The translations under genes were made by a program, and so were the position numbers. Shown in pieces: positions 1 through 7,143 of a stretch of 31,926 nt of DNA. Origin of the DNA: Candidatus Methanolliviera sp. GoM_asphalt (GTDB lineage Archaea > Halobacteriota > Methanoliparia > Methanoliparales > Methanoliparaceae); assembly GCA_902158745.1 (NCBI GenBank), contig CABGHH010000001.1, positions 1 to 31,926 on the forward strand, read 5' to 3'. Numbering within the stretch: position 1 is the stretch's first letter; each line of letters starts with the position of its first letter. The notes beneath the pieces were generated by a model, which made no database searches, was not told the DNA's origin, and saw nothing but the letters and a program-made list of their open reading frames with translations.

Positions 1-382
1 ATAAGATACAGGTTTCGTCTTCTAATTCGAACCTCGTTTTTTTTATTCCGTACTCCTGCGCTAAGTCCTGTAGTATCTTTACATTGGGACACCGAGCCAT
101 CAATAACTCGATGATCATCTTACGAACTTTGATAACCTCAGGGGATTTTGTATTTACCACCAGTCCCTCTTCGACAGGATAGATACAGGAGGCGACAATA
201 TTCTTCCTGCCCCGTCTTTCTATCTCAACGGAGCATAAACGGCAGGCGCCGAAGGGTGAAACCAACGGATGATAACATAGTGTGGGTATATCGATATCTA
301 TACCTTTTGCGGCTTCTAATATTGTCGATCCTTTCTCAACCTTTATCTCTTTACCATCGATCTCCAAAGTAACTTCGTTCAT
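1..382 (-). CDS. NuoG/HoxU/HydA N-terminal-like [2Fe-2S] iron-sulfur subunit, partial (runs off window start)
   Basis: Not in ORF track; manual translation from ATG at 382 (ATGA overlap with the NuoF-like stop, GGAGGT RBS): MNEVTLEIDGKEIKVEKGSTILEAAKGIDIDIPTLCYHPLVSPFGACRLCSVE...VASCIYPV...EDETCIL. The PTLCYH/GACRLC/SC motif is typical of this [2Fe-2S] domain. Confidence 0.9.
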   Translation of the reverse strand, partial: MNEVTLEIDGKEIKVEKGSTILEAAKGIDIDIPTLCYHPLVSPFGACRLCSVEIERRGRKNIVASCIYPVEEGLVVNTKSPEVIKVRKMIIELLMARCPNVKILQDLAQEYGIKKTRFELEDETCIL

Positions 383-2319
383 TTTTTACCTCCCTTTGCT
401 TTTTTATCTTTTACTAAAACCCTCTTCTCTTCTGGAATGGGTGGCGGAACGGGCGCGCCAGATATCTTTTTCACCGCGCTAAACTTGGGAGGACACACGT
501 CAAAACAGGTTCCACACTTAATGCACTTGGATTGATCGATTATATGAATTAGTTTTTTCTCACCATCTATCGCATCCGCCGGGCAATTCTTAAGACATAG
601 TCGGCATGCATTGCATCTCTCTGGATCGATATAATATGAGATCAGATCCTTACATACCAGAGCCGGACAGCGTTTCTCCTCGATGTGAGCATCGTATTCG
701 TCTCTAAAATAGCGAATAGTGCTTAATATAGGATTTGCGGCAGTTTTTCCCAATGCACAAAGAGAAGCTTTGCTCATCACGTTGCCGATCTCCTCAAGAA
801 GTTCAATATCTCCTTCTTTCCCTTCTCCCGCGACGATACCATTCAATATCTTGCGAACGCGCTTTAACCCCTCACGACAGGGTACACATTTACCACACGA
901 TTCATCACAGAGGAAATCGACGAAGTAACGAGCTACATCTACCATACAGGTATCTTCATCCATTACGATCATTCCGCCAGAGCCCATTATCGATCCAAGC
1001 TTGGCAAGTTCGTCAAAATCCACAGGAGTATCAAGATATTCCTCGGAGATGCAACCGCCAGAAGGACCGCCGGTCTGTAATGCCTTGAATTTTTTTCCTC
1101 CGGGGATTCCTCCACCTATCTTATAGATGATCTCTCTAATTGTGGTTCCCATCGGCACTTCCACCAAACCGGTATTGTTCACCTTACCTACCAGAGAGAA
1201 GATCTTCGTTCCCTTGCTCCTCTCAGTACCGATCGAGGTAAACCATTCTGACCCTTTATTGATGATCAGAGGAATGTTTGCCCATGTCTCCACATTATTC
1301 AAATCACTTGGCTTATCCCAAACGCCACTCTCGGAAGTATGAATATATTTTGGCCTAGGCTCTCCCACTTTTCCTTCTATTGCCGTCATTAAAGCGCTGG
1401 ACTCACCAGAAACGAAGGCTCCAGCACCTCGATGCACTTTTACCGTAAAATCAAATCCTGAACCGAGGATGTTATTACCGAGTAAACCATATCCCTCCGC
1501 CCGTTTGATGGCAATGTTAACGTTTTCCACCGCTAATGGATATTCCTGTCGCACATAGATGAGCCCTTCATGAGAGCCGATAGCATACGCTCCTATGATC
1601 AGCCCTTCAATGACGCTGTGAAAATTTCCCTCCATTAACGACCTATCCATATATGCTCCCGGATCTCCCTCATCACAGTTAACGATCACATATTTTGGCT
1701 CACCGGGGGCATTTCGCGTGGTCTCCCATTTTCTGCCTGTTGGAAACCCACCGCCGCCACGGCCTCTGAGATTTGATCTCTTTACCTCTTCTAATACCTG
1801 CTCCGGGGTCATATCGAAGAGAGCCTTGGATAAGGCACTATATCCGCCGATAGCAATATAGTCATCAATACTTTTAGGATCGATATTTTTGTTGGGACCA
1901 AAGACGATCCGTGTCTGCTCTTTGTAGAATGGTATCTCGTACTCATAGACTACCTTTTCACCTGTGTTGGGATCGGTGTAAAGCAGACGATCGATGATCT
2001 TCTTCTCCTTTATCGTCTCGGAGATAATTTCAGAGACATCTTCTGGGGTTACATTAAGATAACATATCTCCTCGGGATAAATAACTACAATAGGACCCCT
2101 CTCGCAAAAACCATGGCAGCCCGTCCTTCTGACGTCTACATCGTCCTTCAAACTTTGTTTTTCTAATTCTTTCTCAATGGCAACAGCAACTTTCTCGCTA
2201 CCTGTAGCGTGACAAGCTGTTCCAGAGCACAACGTAATACAGGGCTTATTTGGATCTCTTTTGGACAATATCTCGCGCCTGAGATCCTCCAGTTCGGTGG
2301 GTGAATTTATCTTCGGCAT
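379..2319 (-). CDS. NuoF/HydB-like NAD(P)H- and FMN-binding subunit with N-terminal thioredoxin-like [2Fe-2S] and C-terminal 2x[4Fe-4S] domains
   Basis: Motifs CSGTAC/TGCHGFC, LRGRGGGGFPTG, NCDEGDPGAYMD, GGPSGG, CGKCVPC...C, CNACRLCLKNCP/CIKCGTCFDVCP. Start moved from ORF-track 2340 to ATG 2319, which follows a GGAGGT RBS. Confidence 0.93.
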   Translation of the reverse strand: MPKINSPTELEDLRREILSKRDPNKPCITLCSGTACHATGSEKVAVAIEKELEKQSLKDDVDVRRTGCHGFCERGPIVVIYPEEICYLNVTPEDVSEIISETIKEKKIIDRLLYTDPNTGEKVVYEYEIPFYKEQTRIVFGPNKNIDPKSIDDYIAIGGYSALSKALFDMTPEQVLEEVKRSNLRGRGGGGFPTGRKWETTRNAPGEPKYVIVNCDEGDPGAYMDRSLMEGNFHSVIEGLIIGAYAIGSHEGLIYVRQEYPLAVENVNIAIKRAEGYGLLGNNILGSGFDFTVKVHRGAGAFVSGESSALMTAIEGKVGEPRPKYIHTSESGVWDKPSDLNNVETWANIPLIINKGSEWFTSIGTERSKGTKIFSLVGKVNNTGLVEVPMGTTIREIIYKIGGGIPGGKKFKALQTGGPSGGCISEEYLDTPVDFDELAKLGSIMGSGGMIVMDEDTCMVDVARYFVDFLCDESCGKCVPCREGLKRVRKILNGIVAGEGKEGDIELLEEIGNVMSKASLCALGKTAANPILSTIRYFRDEYDAHIEEKRCPALVCKDLISYYIDPERCNACRLCLKNCPADAIDGEKKLIHIIDQSKCIKCGTCFDVCPPKFSAVKKISGAPVPPPIPEEKRVLVKDKKAKGGKK

Positions 2320-2332
2320 TATTTTAACCTCC

Positions 2333-2785
2333 CTATTCATAGCGTTCTAAAATTCCGTTGACATCTGATGTCTTCATCTTACCGTGATAATCCTCGTCAA
2401 CTACCATCACCGGACCCATCGCACAGCAACCGAGACAATTAACCGTTCTCAAGGTAAAGATCATATCTTCTGTCGTCTCACCGGCTTTAATCTTCAGCGT
2501 GTTCTCTACCTTATTCAAAATCTTCGGTGCACCACGCACATGACAAGCTGTGCCTAAGCATACCTGAACTAAATGGCGACCCATTGGCGTCAAACTCATC
2601 GCCGTGTAAAAACTGGCAACCCGATATATCTGACTTATCGGAATTTGCAACCGTCTGCTCATCTCCATAATCGCTTCCTTTGGAACCCAATTTAATTCAC
2701 GTTGTATATCCAATAGTATCTGAATTAAAACCCCTTCTTCATCCACATATCCATCTATAATCTCATCTATCTTTTCCACGTCCAT
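2333..2785 (-). CDS. NuoE/HydC-like [2Fe-2S] subunit
   Basis: VASFY, CLGTAC and CLGCC..GP motifs; ATG 2785 preceded by GGAGGG (ORF track start 2797). Confidence 0.93.
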   Translation of the reverse strand: MDVEKIDEIIDGYVDEEGVLIQILLDIQRELNWVPKEAIMEMSRRLQIPISQIYRVASFYTAMSLTPMGRHLVQVCLGTACHVRGAPKILNKVENTLKIKAGETTEDMIFTLRTVNCLGCCAMGPVMVVDEDYHGKMKTSDVNGILERYE

Positions 2786-2841
2786 TTTTCCCTCCATTAG
2801 ATCACGTATATCTACAATTACATCAATTTAATCAAACTTAT

Positions 2842-3816
2842 TTACTTTCCAATAATTTCTTCTCCGATCATCTTTATCGAATCTGCCATCTTTGGTCCTA
2901 CGGGGCTTCCGGCAACGATCTGCGTGACTCCTGTTTTGTATAGCGCCTCTATCTTATCCATACATTCGTCAGGAGAACCACATATCGAGAAAGCAGTGAG
3001 CATATCGTCATTGACCGCCTTCTTCAATGTACCAAAGTCAAACTTACCGAGCGCGTCTCTTATCTTATTGACACTTTCCAGGTCGATACCATGTCGCTCG
3101 AAGACCAGATCCGGACTTCCCGCGGCGATGAAACCTACAACGATCCTCGCGGCATTTTTTGCCTTCTCTGAGTCTTCATCGATGGAGAAACAGGTGTATG
3201 CAACGATATCAAACTTCTCCTTTCCAGCCTCTTTCATGCCCTCTTTGCACTTAGGTATCGAGAACTCAAAATCCTTTGGATTGGAAGCATTTATCAGAGC
3301 GCCATCTCCTATCATTCCTGCGGTCTTCAGCATGACGGGGCCCTGTGCACCTATATATACAGGAATGTCACCTGCCTTGAAGTCCATCTTTGCCCCGTCT
3401 ATCTTGAAGAAATCACCGTCATATTTTATGGGTTTTCCATTCCACATACTTCTTATGACCTCTATTGACTCTTTTAGACGTTTAACTGGCTTTTCCATCT
3501 CCAGTCCAAGCTTCTTGAGCGTGGTTTTATCTCCCGGTCCCATTCCAAGGGTCGCCCTTCCGTTTGAGATCTCGTTTATCGTAGCCACCGCGGAGGCAGT
3601 TACAGCAGGATGTATCTGATACGGATTCGTGACACCAGGACCAAGTTTTATCTTTTCAGTCTTTGACGCAGTCATCGCCAGCGTTGCATAGACATTTCTG
3701 TTGTTGTAGTGGTCGGTTACCCAAACGTTCTCAAATCCGTTCTCTTCTGCCATGCAGGCATAATCTACGATCTTACCCACTTCCATATTTGGTAGAAACT
3801 CTATTCCAAAACTCAT
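2842..3816 (-). CDS. mer: F420-dependent methylenetetrahydromethanopterin reductase
   Basis: TDHYNNRNVY, GPGVTNPY, GAQGP.ML..AG..GDGALINASNPKD, FIAAGSP..V.ERHG and GVTQIVAGSP.GP all match canonical Mer rather than generic LLM flavin enzymes; ATG 3816 lies 7 nt after a GGTGA RBS. Confidence 0.92.
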   Translation of the reverse strand: MSFGIEFLPNMEVGKIVDYACMAEENGFENVWVTDHYNNRNVYATLAMTASKTEKIKLGPGVTNPYQIHPAVTASAVATINEISNGRATLGMGPGDKTTLKKLGLEMEKPVKRLKESIEVIRSMWNGKPIKYDGDFFKIDGAKMDFKAGDIPVYIGAQGPVMLKTAGMIGDGALINASNPKDFEFSIPKCKEGMKEAGKEKFDIVAYTCFSIDEDSEKAKNAARIVVGFIAAGSPDLVFERHGIDLESVNKIRDALGKFDFGTLKKAVNDDMLTAFSICGSPDECMDKIEALYKTGVTQIVAGSPVGPKMADSIKMIGEEIIGK

Positions 3817-3948
3817 TCTCAATCACCTTTTTGTGTATACAAGTGCAAACATTTTGGATTAATATTTATTCTTTTCCCTTTTTATCTCGTCTCGCCAGGT
3901 AAGCTGTACATATACACCAAAACCCGAGATCTTTTGAAGAATGAACCA

Positions 3949-3965
3949 TATAAAAAATTTTTATA
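3949..3965. promoter_or_regulatory. Back-to-back TATA-like boxes (TATAAAAA-A-TTTTTATA) in the divergent mer/leuC intergenic region
   Basis: Palindrome with 8-bp arms giving TTTTTATA on both strands; the + strand box is about 28 nt upstream of the leuC ATG. Confidence 0.5.
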
Positions 3966-3992
3966 GATCTTATTACCATGGAGTAGATCCTT

Positions 3993-5240
3993 ATGGGAAA
4001 AATGGGAAGAACGATGGCAGAGAAGATATTATCTGAAAAGGTAGGAAGAGACGTTGTTCCAGGGGATATGATCGTTTCTCCTGTTGATCTAGCTTTTGGC
4101 CACGATGGGACATTACCGCTGGCGATAGAGAAGATGAAAACGTTGGGAAAAAGAAAGGTCTTCGACGATGAAAAAGTGGTTGCTATCTGTGATCATGCAT
4201 CTCCATCTCCGAGTGAGAGGGTATCAAACGTCCATATCTTGATGAGGGAGTTTGCACGGGATAATAATTTAAAAATTTATGAGAACGGGGATGGTATATG
4301 CCACCAGATTGTCCTTGAGAACTTTTCTGCTCCTTATAAGGTTATCGTAGGAGCTGATAGCCACACGTGTACGCATGGCGGTTTAGGGGCTTTCTCGACA
4401 GGGATGGGATCCACGGATATTGCGGCGGCGATGATCTATGGTAAGACATGGTTCAAAGTTCCAGAATCATTTAAGATCAAGATAGATGGATCTCTAAAGA
4501 ATAATGTCTTCTCAAAGGATCTTTTTTTAGATATAATTGGAAAAACTGGGGCGGACGGTGCGACGTATATGTCTATGGAGTTCTTGGGTTCGACGGTTAA
4601 AGAGATGAGTGTTGAATCGAGATTTACGCTCACAAACATGTCTATAGAGGCAGGTGCTAAGAACGGTATATGCGAGGCAGACGAGAAGACGAGGGAATTT
4701 TTGAGGAGATATGGCAGGGAAGAGGAGTTTAAGGCTTTGAAACCGGATAAAGATGCAGAATACAGAGACGAACTCCAAATAGAAGCAGAAGAGATAGAAC
4801 CGATGATAGCCTATCCGCACCGTGTTGATAACGTCGCTCCCGTCGTTGAATATGAAGGAACGGAGGTGGATCAGGTCTGCATAGGAAGCTGCACGAACGG
4901 AAGACTTGAGGATCTGAGAGTGGCGGCTAGGATATTAAAGGGTGAAAAGGCCAAATGCCGGCTTGTTGTATATCCGGCGAGCAGAGGGGTACTGATGGAT
5001 GCGATTAAAGAGGGACTTATAGAGATATTTGTTGAATCGGGTGCCGCTGTCTGTCCTCCAGGATGCGGATTCTGCATAGGAAGAACCATCGCGTTGGGGG
5101 ATGGCGAGGTCGCTTTATCGACGCAGAACAGAAATTTTAAGGGTAGGATGGGGAACAATAACGCCGAGATATATCTCTCTTCGCCTGCAACGGCGGCGAC
5201 GAGTGCTATTTATGGGAAGATCACGTATCCAGAGGTTTAA
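3993..5240 (+). CDS. leuC: 3-isopropylmalate dehydratase / homoaconitase large subunit (LeuC/HacA family)
   Basis: TMAEKILS, GADSHTCT, IGSCTNGR, PGCGFC, STQNRNFKGRMG. LeuC versus HacA cannot be distinguished from the large subunit alone. Confidence 0.88.
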   Translation: MGKMGRTMAEKILSEKVGRDVVPGDMIVSPVDLAFGHDGTLPLAIEKMKTLGKRKVFDDEKVVAICDHASPSPSERVSNVHILMREFARDNNLKIYENGDGICHQIVLENFSAPYKVIVGADSHTCTHGGLGAFSTGMGSTDIAAAMIYGKTWFKVPESFKIKIDGSLKNNVFSKDLFLDIIGKTGADGATYMSMEFLGSTVKEMSVESRFTLTNMSIEAGAKNGICEADEKTREFLRRYGREEEFKALKPDKDAEYRDELQIEAEEIEPMIAYPHRVDNVAPVVEYEGTEVDQVCIGSCTNGRLEDLRVAARILKGEKAKCRLVVYPASRGVLMDAIKEGLIEIFVESGAAVCPPGCGFCIGRTIALGDGEVALSTQNRNFKGRMGNNNAEIYLSSPATAATSAIYGKITYPEV

Positions 5241-5270
5241 TAAGGTCGTGTTTATAAGGATATACCGAGT

Positions 5271-7142
5271 GTGTGCATGAAAATGAGCGAATGCGAAAAA
5301 GTAACTAAATCTGCTAAAATTGACATAATAGACGGATTAAAGGAGAGGTTGCCTCAAATTTTTGAGGATGAGAAGGTTAATTTTGAGAAACTAAAAGCAT
5401 TGTTAACGGGTGAAATCGTAGAAAAAGAAGACGATAGATTCTATTTCAATTGGGCAGGTAAAAGCAAAATTTTTAGACTTATTCAGGAACCCGCCTATGG
5501 AACTTTGAAACCCGATAAGAATAGGTCTATTGATTTTGATGGCACAGAGAACATAGCTATCGTAGGGGAGAATTTAGAGACGCTTAAATTATTATTAAAA
5601 CCCTATTTTGGCAAGGTTAAGATGATTTATATTGATCCACCTTATAATACAGGCAAGGACTTTATTTATAGAGACAATTTCAAAGAGCCGTTGAAGGACT
5701 ATTTAGAAAAGACGGGGCAGATGGACGGCGAAGGAAATAAACTGACCACGAACACGGAGGCGAGTGGGAGATATCATTCAGATTGGCTCAATTTTATGTA
5801 TCCAAGATTATTTTTGGCGAAGAACTTATTGAGAGATGATGGAGTTATTTTTGTTTCTATTGATGATAATGAAGTTCATAATTTACGGAAGATGATGGAT
5901 GAAATTTTTGGGGAGGAAAATTTTGTGGCTATGCTTGTTTGGCGAAAAAGGGGAGGGGGAGGGAGCGATAGTGTATTTTTTTCGATAGAGCACGAATATC
6001 TAATTGTGTATGCTAAGAAATTGGGAGAAGCATATATTAAACGATTTCCTTCAAACATCAAGAACTACCCTCGCGAAGATGAAGTAGGTAGGTACACTAC
6101 AAAGCCACTGCATAACGATGGATTACAGGATAGTAGAGGTTTGCATTATGATATTGAGTGTCCTGATGGATCGATTCTTAGAGGAGATGAACACCAGTGG
6201 GTATATGCGAAGGATACATTTGAAAGAATGAAAGCGGAAGATAGGATAATTTTCAAGAAATCTAATAATAAATCAGATAAATGGACTGTGTATTACAAAT
6301 TATACATGCATGAATCAAAAGGGATGGTTCCTTTCTCTATTTTATACAAAACAGCCTTCAACAAAGACGGCAACAGCGATCTGGAGAAATTAGGGTTAAG
6401 AAAAGTTTACTCGTATCCAAAACCAATAAAGCTAATAAAATACCTTTTGGAAGTAGGTTCCAATGCTAATGATCTCATTCTTGACTTTTTCGCAGGTTCT
6501 GGCACAACAGGGCACGCCATCTGGGATTTAAATAGAGAAGACGGAGGAAATAGAAAGTTTATCCTCATTAATTTAGACGAGGAAGTGCAGGACGAAAATA
6601 TTAAAAAAGAATATCCGACAGTTGCAGATATCTGCATTGAAAGATTGAAGAGGGTATCAGAGAAATACCAAAAAGATGAACAACAAAAACTCATCAAAAG
6701 TAATCAAGATTTCGGCTTTAAGGTCTTTAATCTTGCCAAATCCAATTTTAATCTTAAAGATGAGTTTAAGATCTCTGGTTACGTTATAACCGATGAACTC
6801 AAGAAGAAATACTTAGACTGGCTCGGTCTTTGGGTTAATGAACCACTTGTAGGAGATTGGAAGTCTATTGATGTAGTATATGAACTAATCTTAAAAGAAG
6901 GTTTAGACCTAAACTCAAAAGTTGAGGAGATGAAGATAAAGAATAACAATTTTTATCATATTACAGATGAAAAGCAGGGATTGGAATTTTATATATCATT
7001 GGACGAGAAAATTACCGAGGAGACTGTTGAGGAAATAAGAACTCCCAATTATGGAGATAAGATGTTTGTATTTATGGATAAAGCCTTAACCGATAACCAA
7101 AAGATAAACTTGAAAGCCTTTGTAAGATTAAAGGTGATCTAA
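5271..7142 (+). CDS. mod: Type III restriction-modification methyltransferase (Mod subunit)
   Basis: IYIDPPYNTG (DPPY, amino-methyltransferase), RYHSDWLNFMYPRL, LDFFAGSGTT; adjacent to res. True start may be ATG 5277 or 5283. Confidence 0.92.
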   Translation: MCMKMSECEKVTKSAKIDIIDGLKERLPQIFEDEKVNFEKLKALLTGEIVEKEDDRFYFNWAGKSKIFRLIQEPAYGTLKPDKNRSIDFDGTENIAIVGENLETLKLLLKPYFGKVKMIYIDPPYNTGKDFIYRDNFKEPLKDYLEKTGQMDGEGNKLTTNTEASGRYHSDWLNFMYPRLFLAKNLLRDDGVIFVSIDDNEVHNLRKMMDEIFGEENFVAMLVWRKRGGGGSDSVFFSIEHEYLIVYAKKLGEAYIKRFPSNIKNYPREDEVGRYTTKPLHNDGLQDSRGLHYDIECPDGSILRGDEHQWVYAKDTFERMKAEDRIIFKKSNNKSDKWTVYYKLYMHESKGMVPFSILYKTAFNKDGNSDLEKLGLRKVYSYPKPIKLIKYLLEVGSNANDLILDFFAGSGTTGHAIWDLNREDGGNRKFILINLDEEVQDENIKKEYPTVADICIERLKRVSEKYQKDEQQKLIKSNQDFGFKVFNLAKSNFNLKDEFKISGYVITDELKKKYLDWLGLWVNEPLVGDWKSIDVVYELILKEGLDLNSKVEEMKIKNNNFYHITDEKQGLEFYISLDEKITEETVEEIRTPNYGDKMFVFMDKALTDNQKINLKAFVRLKVI

Positions 7143-7143
7143 G

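Noticed and set aside
1-3822. Apparent excess of GATC in host genes relative to the R-M region
   Set aside because: Based on an unreliable hand impression and plausibly explained by ATC (Ile) and GAT (Asp) codon preference; needs a Markov-corrected k-mer count.
3918-3936. CAAAACCCGAGATCTTTTG and the GATTTTTC...GATTTTCAA stretch at 25904-25925 as further element copies
   Set aside because: Only 5-bp arms or isolated right arms, no triloop hairpin and no ATG flanks; compatible with chance or T-rich terminators.
5950-5964. G-rich tract in mod (GGGGAGGGGGAGGG) as a phase-variation repeat or G-quadruplex
   Set aside because: Runs are at most 5 nt, there are only three G-tracts, and it simply encodes RGGGG; no simple-sequence repeat of phasevarion type is seen in mod.
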